From positions 160,001 to 224,000 of the forward strand of contig CAVZRV010000007.1 of the NCBI GenBank assembly GCA_963777605.1: a stretch of DNA of 64,000 nucleotides, written 5' to 3'. The translations under genes were made by a program, and so were the position numbers. The notes beneath the pieces are model-generated. The model was not told where the DNA came from and ran no database searches. It saw only the letters and a list, made by a program, of their open reading frames with translations. Positions within the stretch are counted from its first letter, which is position 1. Each line of letters opens with the position of its first letter. Positions 1 to 10,073 of this stretch are shown one piece after another. This DNA is from an uncultured Acidobacteriota bacterium. Lineage in GTDB: Bacteria; Acidobacteriota; UBA6911; RPQK01; JAPXNP01.

Positions 1-1
1 C

Positions 2-193
2 CTTTCCGTCCTCAATCTGATCGACGAGTCCGATCCGGTGGACCGGTCTCAGGCGGCAACCCTCGCTCACCTCCTCGAACGCGTGCTCGACCTCGAAACC
101 GATCGCCAAACCATCCGCCGCTCCCTCGAGCGGGTTGAAGAAGAGTTGGAAAAACTCAAGGGAATCGACGAGCGAAGGGGACGACGGCCCTGA
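2..193 (+). CDS. 3' end of a gene truncated by the window edge; coiled-coil C-terminus
   Basis: Open frame from base 2: LSVLNLIDES...RRSLERVEEELEKLKGIDERRGRRP, TGA at 191-193. Confidence 0.6.
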   Translation, partial: LSVLNLIDESDPVDRSQAATLAHLLERVLDLETDRQTIRRSLERVEEELEKLKGIDERRGRRP

Positions 194-292
194 GGCCCAG
201 GTTCGGGATTCAGGGAATATTTCCCCGATTTGCGTGCGCCTGGGTTCCTCCTCATCCAACGTAAACCCTTTCCAATCAACACCTGGCGTAAT

Positions 293-308
293 TGGCACGA
301 GTCTTGCT
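293..308 (+). promoter_or_regulatory. sigma54 (-24/-12) promoter for the OmpA-family gene
   Basis: TGGCACGAGTCTTGCT matches the consensus TGGCACG-N4-TTGCW exactly, about 40 bp upstream of the ATG at 346. Confidence 0.8.
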
Positions 309-345
309 AACTCGAAGGGCAGCCAATAGCAATGGAGAAAGCAAA

Positions 346-1374
346 ATGAAACATACTCTGCCCTTTATTCTTCTTCTGGTTCTGATGGCGATACCCGCCG
401 GAGCCGCAACCGAAAAGCTCCCTGCCGGTATTCGAACGGAAGCAGAAGGCGTCGTTGTACAGAAGTCGGATTCCCAAATTCGGGTCCGGAGGCATTCGGG
501 ATCCGAATTCGTAGTCGTACTCACCCCAAACACGGAGATCGTCGAGAAGAAAGTTAACCCGTTCCGCGGGGCGACCAACTTTTCCCCGGATGACCTCGTC
601 CCCGGCTTAAACATTCGTGTCGAGGGCGTTGGAGACACTCAGGGTTCGCTGTTGGCCGAGAAAGTCCGCTTCACCAAAGACGAGCTGAAGGTGGCCGAGA
701 CCATCGCTTCCCGTGTGGCCCCGGTCGAAGATCGCCTGTCGGCAACCGAACAGGAACTCAACCAAACCCAGGGCGAAATGCGCCGCGACCGGGAAAACCT
801 CACTGCTCGGGCGGATTCGCTCCAGGGCCGGGTTGAAGAACTGAACGATGCTTTCCAACTCGCCCGTTCGGAAGCCCGTGACGCCCAGTCAACGGCCAAC
901 CAGGCCATCGACAAGGCCGACGCCAACGAAGCCCGCTTTGGAGCGCTCGACCAATATCGGGAACAGGAACTGGTGACGATCCACTTTCCGTTCAATAGCT
1001 CTGACCTGACCCAGGAAGCCAAGCAGCGCCTCGACGAAATGGTTGAGCAGTTGACGAGTGAGGAAGGGTTCATCCTTGAGGTGGTTGGCTTCACTTCATC
1101 CGACGGGAACCTGGAGTACAACCGGAGACTCAGCGAACGGCGCTCCGAAACGGTCATTTCTTACCTCGCCGAGGTCCACACGATTCCCCTGCGGCGAATC
1201 ATTCGCCCCTACGGGTTTGGTGAAAGCAAGCCCGTGGCTGACAACTCCACCCGGGACGGGAGACAGCAGAACCGCCGAGTTGAGGTCAGGGTACTGCAGA
1301 ACGTCGGGATCACGACCAAGTCGGCCTCCCTGCAATCCCAGGACGACATGGCGGTGAGCCTCAATCATGAGTAA
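346..1374 (+). CDS. OmpA-family peptidoglycan-binding protein: signal peptide, DUF5666-like beta domain, coiled coil, OmpA_C domain
   Basis: GGAG RBS then MKHTLPFILLLVLMAIPAGA; OmpA_C motifs IHFPFNSSDL, GFTSSDGNLEYNRRLSERR, GFGESKP, NRRVEV. Confidence 0.9.
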   Translation: MKHTLPFILLLVLMAIPAGAATEKLPAGIRTEAEGVVVQKSDSQIRVRRHSGSEFVVVLTPNTEIVEKKVNPFRGATNFSPDDLVPGLNIRVEGVGDTQGSLLAEKVRFTKDELKVAETIASRVAPVEDRLSATEQELNQTQGEMRRDRENLTARADSLQGRVEELNDAFQLARSEARDAQSTANQAIDKADANEARFGALDQYREQELVTIHFPFNSSDLTQEAKQRLDEMVEQLTSEEGFILEVVGFTSSDGNLEYNRRLSERRSETVISYLAEVHTIPLRRIIRPYGFGESKPVADNSTRDGRQQNRRVEVRVLQNVGITTKSASLQSQDDMAVSLNHE

Positions 1375-1442
1375 TTGAACACAGAATTTCACGATCCTCC
1401 CCCAAGGCGGCTTCGGGGTATGGTTCTCCGAAGCTGAAAAGA

Positions 1443-1480
1443 ACAGAAAAGCCGGCCCAGGATGGAGCCGGCTTTTCTGT
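1443..1480. terminator. intrinsic terminator
   Basis: ACAGAAAAGCCGGC-N10-GCCGGCTTTTCTGT perfect stem downstream of the OmpA gene. Confidence 0.8.
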
Positions 1481-1589
1481 TTCTGGAGACCTCACAGAGA
1501 GCACCTGCAGTCGCACTCGGCCGGACTGTGAGCGTATGATGGGTGGATCCGTTCCCCGGAGGGATCGGCAGAAAGTGAGTAAAGTGACG

Positions 1590-2619
1590 ATGTGCAGTCT
1601 CTTCCCGGAAAGAACCCGCTTATCCCTGATGCTGGCCACGGTTCTGGTGTCATCTTCATTCTCCCTTTGGGCGCAGGATCCCACCCCATCTCCACAACCC
1701 ACCGCCCCAAGAGGGAATGACAAAGGCGGATCCGGCTGCATTTCCGGAAGTGGTTGCATCCGTTAACGGCCATTCCATCCACAAGACCGAGTTGCTAAGT
1801 CGAATCGAGGCGGTTCGCGACCGCGTGGGTCTGCCCGGTGGTGACCTGCCCGTACAGATCTACCGGACGGTGCTGGACGACATGATCAACCTGGAACTTC
1901 TCTACCAGTCGAGCGAAAGCAGCGAGTTCGCTGCCACGCAAGAGGAAGTCGAGAAGGAATTCACCAACCTCAAGTCGCAGTTTCCTACGGAGCAGGCCTT
2001 CCAGGAACAGCTTGCCTCCGAGTCAATGTCCCCCGACGAGTTGAAGAACATTCTGAAGAAGGATCTGAGTGTTCAAAAGCTGGTGGAAAACAAGCTGGCT
2101 GGCCGCGTGGTGATCAGTGACGAAGACATGCGTCGCTTCTACGACGACAATCAGGACCAGATGCGACAGCCTGAGCAACTGCAACTTCGGCACATCCTGA
2201 TTCGCGTCGGAAAGGATGCAACACCCGAAGCCAAAGCCGAGGCCCGGGCTAAAATCGAATCTTTGAGGGAGCAGGTAGTCACTGGTGGTGCCGACTTTGC
2301 CGAACTGGCAAAGGCCAACTCGGAGGACCCAGGATCTCGGGACCAGGGCGGCGAGATGACCGTTCGAAGGGGACAAACGGTCGAGCCATTCGAGAAGGCG
2401 GCCTTTCAGCTTAAGCCCCTGGAGGTCAGCCCGGTCGTGGAAACCCAGTTCGGGTTTCACATCATCCAGCTCACGGAGGCAACACCTGCGCAGGTTATCC
2501 CGTACGACGAGGTCTCGGGACGGATCCAGGACCACTTGCGTCAGCAGGGCGTCCGGCAGGAGGTCGAGTCCGAACTGGAAGGACTCCGAAGTAAGGCATC
2601 CATCGCCCTCTATATTTAA
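1590..2619 (+). CDS. SurA/PrsA-like parvulin peptidyl-prolyl isomerase; apparent frameshift near 1705-1715
   Basis: Parvulin motifs LRHILIR, FAELAKANSEDPGS, FEKAAFQL, VETQFGFHII in ORF 1717-2619; signal peptide (LATVLVSSSFSLWAQ) lies in another frame just upstream. Confidence 0.85.
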
Positions 2620-2769
2620 AACTTCAGGCAGAAGACGGGAGACAGAGTCCCACCCCATTCGAGGGGAAGTTAAGAGAGAGAAGCTCCCGCGCAGGAAGCC
2701 GTACCCCCGCAGGAGTGTGATCTACATAGTCGCATTCGCGGTTGACTTTCTCCCGGGACGAATCGCGTT

Positions 2770-3927
2770 TCACCACTCGGCAACTGAGCCGTCGGGGTTG
2801 CGCCAGACCGGGTTTCTCCAGCGATGCCCCTGCCGGCTCATTTCCCTAACCCGATTCTCGTCAACTTCAATACCCAAGCCAGGCCCAGTCGGCAGGTCGA
2901 TCACGCCCTGTCGAGGAGTGAGGACATCCGGATTTACAAGGTAATCGAGGAGGTCGGCACCTTCGTTGTAGTGAATCCCGAGACTGGACTCCTGAATGTG
3001 CGCATTGATCGAGGAGAAATCCACCTGGAGAGCGGAAGCGAACGAAATCGGACCCAGTGGACAGTGCGGTGCGAGCGCGACGTCGTAACACTCGGCCATG
3101 GCTGCAATTCGTCGCACTTCCGAGATCCCGCCGGCGTGGCTCAGATCGGGCTGCAGGATGTCGACCGTCCCCTCCTCGAGAAGCGGCTTGAAATCCCATC
3201 TTGAGAACATGCGCTCTCCGGTCGCAATCGGGATGGTGGTGTGATTGCGGATCTGCCTGAGAGCATCGCTGTTTTCAGGCAAAACAGGCTCTTCGATGAA
3301 CAACGGTTTGAAAACTTCCAACTCCCGGACCAGGACACGGGCAACCGCCTTGTGAATCCGCCCATGGAAATCGACCCCAATTCCGAAATCGGGCCCCACA
3401 GCCTCTCGAACCGCCGCAACCCGGGCTACGCATTCGTCCATCGCGCTAGGCACGGCGATCCACTCCATCCGCCCGCTCCCGTTCATCTTGACTGCTTCAA
3501 AGCCGGCGTTCTTTCTCTCAAGCGCCGCCTCGGCCACGTTGTCGGGTTCGTCTCCCCCGATCCAAGAATAGACCTTCATAGTCCGGCGAACCGCCCCGCC
3601 GAGCAACTCGTACACCGGAACGCCCAGGGCTTTCCCCTTCAGATCCCAGAGCGCCTGGTCGATTCCCGAAATGGCGCTCATGAGGACCGGCCCGCCCCGG
3701 TAAAAGCCTCCCCGATAGAGTGTCTGCCAGATATCTTCGATGTCGAAGGGAGAACGGCCCACAACGAGTTCGGCCAGTTCCTCGACAGCGGCCAGAACCG
3801 TGTGGGAGCGGCCTTCAACCACCGGTTCACCCCAACCCGATAGTCCGGATTCGGACGTCAGCTTCAGGAAAAGCCAGCGCGGCGGCACTTCAAACAACTC
3901 GAACTTGTTAATGACTCCGACTGACAT
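2770..3927 (-). CDS. dgoD: galactonate dehydratase (enolase superfamily)
   Basis: VPPRWLFLKL, GWGEPVVEGR, GGFYRGGPVLMSAISGIDQALWD, DFHGR, C-terminal WRNPVWRNPDGSVAEW. Confidence 0.92.
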   Translation of the reverse strand: MSVGVINKFELFEVPPRWLFLKLTSESGLSGWGEPVVEGRSHTVLAAVEELAELVVGRSPFDIEDIWQTLYRGGFYRGGPVLMSAISGIDQALWDLKGKALGVPVYELLGGAVRRTMKVYSWIGGDEPDNVAEAALERKNAGFEAVKMNGSGRMEWIAVPSAMDECVARVAAVREAVGPDFGIGVDFHGRIHKAVARVLVRELEVFKPLFIEEPVLPENSDALRQIRNHTTIPIATGERMFSRWDFKPLLEEGTVDILQPDLSHAGGISEVRRIAAMAECYDVALAPHCPLGPISFASALQVDFSSINAHIQESSLGIHYNEGADLLDYLVNPDVLTPRQGVIDLPTGPGLGIEVDENRVREMSRQGHRWRNPVWRNPDGSVAEW

Positions 3928-4109
3928 CTTGTTTACCATGCATCTTGTCCCAATTACGCGGGCCAGTTCGGGTGGCCGAATGGAGCAGCGATCCAATTAG
4001 GCTTCGACCGGTCTTGCGTTCTCGCTGACAAGAGCGAGGACCAGTAAAATCGGCACCTGTGGAACAGCCCGACCAGGATGATGATACCCTCTCGCGTGGG
4101 AGTAAATCG

Positions 4110-4784
4110 ATGAGAACGATCGCAAAACTATTCGGTCGCAACCCTTTTGTTCCCCTTCAGCTTCATATGGAGAAGGTTTCCGAGTGCATCGGTCTTCTCC
4201 CTTCGCTGTTTCAGGCCTATGCGAACGCCCAGGTGGACGAGGTCACTCGACTGGCCCGCGAGGTAGCCGAGCGCGAGCACGAAGCCGATCAACTCAAGCA
4301 TGACATCCAGAGCCAGGTCCCTCGCGGCATGTTTCTGCCCGTTGACCGGGACCGGCTGCTCGAGATTCTTGCGATCCAGGACAATCTTGCCGACAAGGGC
4401 GAGAACCTGGCCGTCCTCCTGACCTTGCGGCAGACCCCGATTCCTGTCGGGATGAAGGAACTCTTTCAGGCCTTCCTCGAAAAGAACCTGGAAGCTTTCG
4501 AGGGGGCCCGACGAATTATCAGTGAACTCGACGAACTGCTGTCGTCCGGTTTTGGTGGGGTCGAGGCCGAGAAGGTCCGCCTTATGGTGATGGATGTCGC
4601 CCGCCTCGAATACGAGGCCGATCGAATTCAGCACGATCTACTCCGGCAACTTTTCGCCAATGAAGACGGACTCTCCGTTGCCGATTTTTTCCTGTTGGAC
4701 AAGATCCTCAAACAACTCAGCGAGTTGTCCAACCTTTCCGAAAGGCTTGCTCACCGAGTGCAGCGCGCTATGGACTTGAAATAG
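4110..4784 (+). CDS. DUF47/TIGR00153 PhoU-like phosphate transport regulator
   Basis: LFGRNPFVPLQLHMEKV, EHEADQLK, FLPVDR, LEYEADRI; directly upstream of pit. Confidence 0.85.
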   Translation: MRTIAKLFGRNPFVPLQLHMEKVSECIGLLPSLFQAYANAQVDEVTRLAREVAEREHEADQLKHDIQSQVPRGMFLPVDRDRLLEILAIQDNLADKGENLAVLLTLRQTPIPVGMKELFQAFLEKNLEAFEGARRIISELDELLSSGFGGVEAEKVRLMVMDVARLEYEADRIQHDLLRQLFANEDGLSVADFFLLDKILKQLSELSNLSERLAHRVQRAMDLK

Positions 4785-4817
4785 ACTCCGCCAAATCCAG
4801 ACCCGGGAACAAACACC

Positions 4818-6263
4818 ATGGCCATAGAAACACTCTTGCTGATACTTGCCCTTTCCTTTGGTTTCTATATGGCCTGGAACATTGGCGCCAATGACGTCGC
4901 CAATGCAATGGGAACTTCGGTCGGGTCAGGTGCACTGACGCTCCGTCGTGCCATCGTTCTGTCCGCTATCTTTGAGTTTCTTGGCGCCTTTCTGGTCGGG
5001 TCCAACGTTTCCGAGACGGTCCGCAAGGGGATCTTCGACCCGATGATCTTCCAGGACCACCCGTTGACGCTGGCCACGGGCATGATCGCGGCACTGCTTG
5101 CGGCGGGCGTCTGGCTTCAGATCGCCACCTATTTCGGCTGGCCGGTTTCGACCACTCATTCAATCGTCGGCGCTGTCGTCGGCTTCGGCGTAGTGGCTGC
5201 GGGTTTTTCCCAGATCCATTGGTTCGAAGTCATGAGTATCGCCGGCAGTTGGGTGGTTTCCCCGATCCTGGCCGGCGCGATTGCCTACCTGATGTTTCGG
5301 TTTCTCCTGATCCAGATCTTCTACCAACCCGACCCGGTTGCCGCCACGAAACGGTTCACTCCATTCCTGGCTTCGGCGGTCATCATGGTCATGGTGGGAG
5401 TCACCGGAATCAAGGGATTGGCTCCGTACTGGAAGAATCACCACCTCGACTCGACTCACTGGCCTGCAACGCTGACCGTCACCGCCGCAATCGTCGGGGG
5501 ATTGATTGCAGCGATCGCCGCCCGGCGAATGGTCAGCAGACTCGAGGGAGCTCCCGTCGAGAAGATGCACCAATACCAGGCCGTGTTCGTCCGACGAAGC
5601 CTCGACAAGGTGCTGAAGCACCTGAGAAGGATCGAGTCGATCTCAACCGGTGAGATTCAGGACGAGATGCGCCGTCTCAGCACGGACGTCCGTCGCGTCT
5701 CGACCGTCGTCGATGAGCAGACCAGCCACGAATTCACCCACGCCGCCTACAAAAAGGTGGAACGTGTATTTGCCTACCTCCAGGTTTTGAGCGCATGCTT
5801 CGTGGCGTTCGCCCACGGAGCCAACGATGTGGCAAATGCCATTGGTCCTCTTTCGTCCGCGGTGCAGGTGCTTCAGAACGGGGTTGTTGCCGTCAAAGCA
5901 TCGGTCCCGACTTGGGCGCTTGCTCTCGGCGGCGTCGGTATCGTGACAGGGTTGGCGACGTGGGGCTGGCGGGTCATGCAGACAATCGGCAGGAGGATCA
6001 CGGAACTGACCCCGACCCGGGGCTTCGCAGCCGAGTTCTCGGCTGCGATCACAATCCTCTTCGCGTCGCTTATGGGGATTCCAATCTCGACCACTCACAC
6101 ACTGGTCGGAGCGGTTCTCGGGGTCGGCATGGCCCGCGGTATCGGCGCGATCAACCTGAACACAATCCGGGACATCGTTGCATCCTGGGTAGTGACGATC
6201 CCGGCCGGCGCGGGCCTGTCGGTGATCTTCTTCCTGATTATGAAATCGCTCCTCCTCGGATAG
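4818..6263 (+). CDS. pitA: inorganic phosphate transporter, Pit family
   Basis: Duplicated GANDVANAM/GANDVANAI signatures and PVSTTH/PISTTH motifs. Confidence 0.92.
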   Translation: MAIETLLLILALSFGFYMAWNIGANDVANAMGTSVGSGALTLRRAIVLSAIFEFLGAFLVGSNVSETVRKGIFDPMIFQDHPLTLATGMIAALLAAGVWLQIATYFGWPVSTTHSIVGAVVGFGVVAAGFSQIHWFEVMSIAGSWVVSPILAGAIAYLMFRFLLIQIFYQPDPVAATKRFTPFLASAVIMVMVGVTGIKGLAPYWKNHHLDSTHWPATLTVTAAIVGGLIAAIAARRMVSRLEGAPVEKMHQYQAVFVRRSLDKVLKHLRRIESISTGEIQDEMRRLSTDVRRVSTVVDEQTSHEFTHAAYKKVERVFAYLQVLSACFVAFAHGANDVANAIGPLSSAVQVLQNGVVAVKASVPTWALALGGVGIVTGLATWGWRVMQTIGRRITELTPTRGFAAEFSAAITILFASLMGIPISTTHTLVGAVLGVGMARGIGAINLNTIRDIVASWVVTIPAGAGLSVIFFLIMKSLLLG

Positions 6264-6323
6264 CCGGGTGGACCTCGAACGGAAGAATCTCCGACCCGTC
6301 AATTCAAGCGGGCACCCCGGTGT

Positions 6324-7361
6324 TTACGCGTAGTCGGGTGCCAGTTCGTCGCGAAGACGCTGGAGCAGATCCCGCGTTGCCCGGATCCCGTCGGGCTCCG
6401 AGAGGCGGGTCCCCTCGTACTCTATGCCGACGAACCCGTGGTACCCGGCGTCCAGCACGATTTTCATCATTCGCCTGTAGTCGATCGTGGTCTCATCCCC
6501 CGCGTCGTCGAAGTCGTAGCTCTTCGCACTGACTCCGCGCGCAAAAGGCATCAACTCTGCGACGCCCTTGTACCGATCGTATTCACGCCCCTCTTCGATC
6601 AGGAAATTCCCGAAATCGGGCAACGTTCCGGCCCGGGGATGGTCCGTCAGGCGAATCACGCCCGCAAGCCACGATGCATCGCTGGACAATCCGCCGTGGT
6701 TTTCAACCACGACGTCGATTCCGTGAGGATCGGCGTACTCGCACAGCCGCCTCAAGCCGTCGGCGGCGAGGCGCTGCTGCTCCTCGGGAGACAACCCCGC
6801 ATCACTGGAGGCGTTCACACGGATGGCATGACAACCGAGGAATTCCGCCGCATCGACCCACTTGAAGTGATTCTCCACTGCCTGCAAGCGACTGACCTCG
6901 TCCGGGTCGCCGAGCTCTCCTTCGGAGTCACACATGATCAGCACGCCGCGAACACCGTTGTCGTCGGCGCGCTTTTTCAACTCGGCAAGGTAGCTTCTAT
7001 CCTGTGCCTTGTCAAAGTACATTGTGTTGACGTACTCCACTCCCTCGATCCCGTAATCCCGCTTGGCGATCACCGGAAAGTCGAGTGGATCGAGGTCGCC
7101 CGCCATGACCACCGAGCGATAGTCTCCGGAGTGAAGGGCCTCGTTGAACCTGTCCCATCCCATCTTCTCGCCCGGGTCGCCTCCGTAGAATGCACGATGA
7201 AGCGACCACTGGGCCAGCGAAATCCTGAAAAGTGGCTCCTTGGGTGACGGGGGAGCAGGCGGTTCCTGCCCGGTACTGCAGGCCACCATGGTTGCGGCTC
7301 CCACACCGACTGCCAACGAATCTCTGAGGAACTCCCGACGGCTTCTTCCCTGCTCTCGCAT
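6324..7361 (-). CDS. Tat-exported sugar phosphate isomerase/epimerase (xylose isomerase-like TIM barrel), possible lipoprotein
   Basis: SRREFL Tat motif, MVAC lipobox-like segment, [33 protein letters not shown]. Confidence 0.85.
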   Translation of the reverse strand: MREQGRSRREFLRDSLAVGVGAATMVACSTGQEPPAPPSPKEPLFRISLAQWSLHRAFYGGDPGEKMGWDRFNEALHSGDYRSVVMAGDLDPLDFPVIAKRDYGIEGVEYVNTMYFDKAQDRSYLAELKKRADDNGVRGVLIMCDSEGELGDPDEVSRLQAVENHFKWVDAAEFLGCHAIRVNASSDAGLSPEEQQRLAADGLRRLCEYADPHGIDVVVENHGGLSSDASWLAGVIRLTDHPRAGTLPDFGNFLIEEGREYDRYKGVAELMPFARGVSAKSYDFDDAGDETTIDYRRMMKIVLDAGYHGFVGIEYEGTRLSEPDGIRATRDLLQRLRDELAPDYA

Positions 7362-7477
7362 TTAAACCTCCTTGCTGCTGAGGATCCTAACTCGGCTCTG
7401 GGCCCATTTCAATCACCAGGCTCTGGACAAATCAGCTCGGCGGGTATAGACAGGAACCCATAAGGAGGACCCTCTCG

Positions 7478-9304
7478 ATGAGCAAATCTGAGCCCAGAAC
7501 GCCCGTGTCCAGAAGGGATTTCATCAAGGTATCCGGCGCCGTAGCCACCGGAATGACGGCGTCTCCCGTTGTGAGGGCAGGCTCTCGTGGAGCCGGCCTA
7601 TCCCCGGTCCAGCCAGGGCCGGAAAAAGGTGGCTCGGTCTCGGTCAACGGCAACACGGTCGTCATTCGGACCCCTACCCTGGAAGCCCGGATCGATTCGG
7701 GATTCCTGGTGTCTCTGCGATCTCGAGCGACCGGCGAAGAGATGCTCGCCCAATACGACACTCAGGGGATATCGGCCGTCAGCCTGGTTTACCGCTCGGG
7801 TGAAACAGTTGGGCTCTCAGAGAAGTTCGCCCAAGTCCAGACCCGGGCGCTGTCCCCCGATCGGGCGGAAATTGTCTTTCACAACTGGGACGGGGACGGC
7901 ATCCTCTCGGTCACTTTCGATCCCGAATCCGGGGACCTGGTCCTGGAACCTTCGGCTTACTCGTCACGCCCCGGGGTTCGAGCCTGTCGCTGGCACCTTC
8001 ACGGGCTTAGACCGGACCTGGAACTGGTCGCTCCGTTCTTCCAGGGGACGAAACTCCCAATGGAGGACTCTCTCATCCAGGACAGCCACTGGTCCTGGCC
8101 GATGATGTGGGAAGCCGGATTGGCCATTCTCCAGGGACCGAAGAGCGGATTCTGGGTCCACACCAAAGACAATCGCTACCGTTACAAGTCGCTCAAGGTG
8201 GGAACTCCCGATGCTGCGCGAACGCTGGGGTTCGACAGCGAAGCATATGGTCCGATCGAGGAAAACCTGGCGGCCGGCGGACTGATGTGGCGGATCAACG
8301 TGTTCGAGGGAAGCTGGCAGACTCCCGCTGAGCGGTATCGCGACTGGCTCTGGAACGCCTACGAACTTTCCGAGAACCAGCGGCAAGATTGGATCCACGA
8401 TGTCCGCATGGCGATATCATGGTGCCCCGGGGAAATCGAGATCCTCGAGGCACTGTCACGGCGGGCCGACCCCACCAGGATTCTCCTCCACTTCCCCAAC
8501 TGGCGGAGTGACCCATACGACGAGAACTACCCGACGTTCCAGGCAAGTGAATCAGGCCGGGCCTTCATTGAACGTGCCCAGAAACTGGGCTTTCGGATAA
8601 TGCCGCACTGCAATTCCGTGGACATGGACCCCAGCCATCCCGTCTATTCACAAATCCGTGATTTTCAGTACCGCGATATCGAGACCAGGAAGATTCTGGG
8701 ATGGAGCTGGTACAAGGGCACTCCGATCGGCGTTCCCGAATCGAACGGACAGCGTTCGATGCATCGAGACCTCAAGGTGATGGTGAAGGTCCATCCCGGA
8801 CTCTCGACCTGGAGATCGATCCTTGGAGATCATGTCGCACAAGCAGCCAATGACCTCGCCCTCCGGTTGGTCTTTCTGGACGTGACCCTGACCACCTGGA
8901 ACCTGGCCAACAGCCTCGTCGAGAACACTACTTCATCGGAAGGGATGAATCGACTGATCCGGCACGTCGCCACGCTCGGGAACGGTCTCGTCGTCGGTGG
9001 AGAGGGACTGAACGAGATTACTTTCCAACACCTTTCTTTCGGCCAGGCCCACCTGTTCCGGAGCTGGCACGAAAGCATTCCCGGGTTGGAGCGAGCCGGA
9101 GGCTGTCCTCTGAACGACTTCCTGTTCGGCCGGCTGAGTCGAACGTTTGGCTACTCGGGACTGAGCGGTGCGTCCGATGATCATCGATTGCGGCACCGCA
9201 TTCATCTCGAACACAACGCGATCCCGACGATTACAATTAGATCGTCTAGGGAAATCGAGCAACCGAATCCGGTGGTGGAAGAAGTGATCAAGGGTGCTGC
9301 CTGA
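7478..9304 (+). CDS. Tat-exported uncharacterised protein, probably glycoside hydrolase-like (DUF6259-like)
   Basis: SRRDFIK Tat motif, AGGAGG RBS; beta-rich N-terminal half, then barrel-like part with WRSDPYDENYP, GFRIMPH, VFLDV. Confidence 0.6.
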   Translation: MSKSEPRTPVSRRDFIKVSGAVATGMTASPVVRAGSRGAGLSPVQPGPEKGGSVSVNGNTVVIRTPTLEARIDSGFLVSLRSRATGEEMLAQYDTQGISAVSLVYRSGETVGLSEKFAQVQTRALSPDRAEIVFHNWDGDGILSVTFDPESGDLVLEPSAYSSRPGVRACRWHLHGLRPDLELVAPFFQGTKLPMEDSLIQDSHWSWPMMWEAGLAILQGPKSGFWVHTKDNRYRYKSLKVGTPDAARTLGFDSEAYGPIEENLAAGGLMWRINVFEGSWQTPAERYRDWLWNAYELSENQRQDWIHDVRMAISWCPGEIEILEALSRRADPTRILLHFPNWRSDPYDENYPTFQASESGRAFIERAQKLGFRIMPHCNSVDMDPSHPVYSQIRDFQYRDIETRKILGWSWYKGTPIGVPESNGQRSMHRDLKVMVKVHPGLSTWRSILGDHVAQAANDLALRLVFLDVTLTTWNLANSLVENTTSSEGMNRLIRHVATLGNGLVVGGEGLNEITFQHLSFGQAHLFRSWHESIPGLERAGGCPLNDFLFGRLSRTFGYSGLSGASDDHRLRHRIHLEHNAIPTITIRSSREIEQPNPVVEEVIKGAA

Positions 9305-9438
9305 TCAACCGCGGGTGAGAAGGAATTGAAGCAGCGGGATCAGGGATTGGTTTGCGACTGATCCTTCCTTAGCGGACCGCGTTCGCAACACGTTACGGAT
9401 AGCTACCGAGACGCAACTTCCCGGCATCTCACCGCCGG

Positions 9439-9891
9439 TCACTCGGCGACAGATGTGTGATCGTGGATGATTCTCCACCCCTCCGGAAGCCGGCGGATCG
9501 TGAGTGAAAACAGCCCCGACAGGTCTTTCTTACCCGACCGCTGGAGCAGCCAGCGTCCCTTTGCCAGAGCACCGGTATCGCCAAGCATCTGGATGCTCAT
9601 TTCGCTGAAGGCGAGGTACCCCATTTCATCTCCGTCACTGAGGTAGCGTTTTCGATACCGCTCCCGGGTGGCCTGCCATCCCCGGGTAATAGTCCCCCCT
9701 GAGAAGAACGTCAGATCGTCTGATTTCCAGTAGGTCTCCAGAAATCTCTCGAGGTCACCGGCATTCCACGCAGAAACCTGCTTCTCAAGGACTGCCCGGA
9801 CCGACTCTGCCGGATCCTCCTCCGCGGCATAGCAAAAGGGAAGCAGAGACAGGATCAGCAAAGTCCCCAGGCTGAGCCGGAGCACGCGCAT
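9439..9891 (-). CDS. secreted NTF2/SnoaL-like (DUF4440/YybH) protein
   Basis: Signal peptide; QVSAWNAGDLERFL, GWQATRERY, GWRIIHDHTS. Confidence 0.85.
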   Translation of the reverse strand: MRVLRLSLGTLLILSLLPFCYAAEEDPAESVRAVLEKQVSAWNAGDLERFLETYWKSDDLTFFSGGTITRGWQATRERYRKRYLSDGDEMGYLAFSEMSIQMLGDTGALAKGRWLLQRSGKKDLSGLFSLTIRRLPEGWRIIHDHTSVAE

Positions 9892-10073
9892 CTTTGGTCA
9901 CCTCCGCCCTCATTCTACCAGCGCCCTGAGTCAGAAATTCGCACGCACCTGTTGCGAGCCTGACGGGGTCCAGATCAAGGCGTCGCAGTCCTTATTCCAT
10001 TGCGCTGCGAACTGAACCTTGTCCCGGCACGAATGCAGGGCTCTGAAAACGTCATACGATTCGTGACAGGACA

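Noticed and set aside
1700-1720. Programmed frameshift in the PPIase gene
   Set aside because: No canonical slippery heptamer; a single indel in a short C run is more simply a sequencing error
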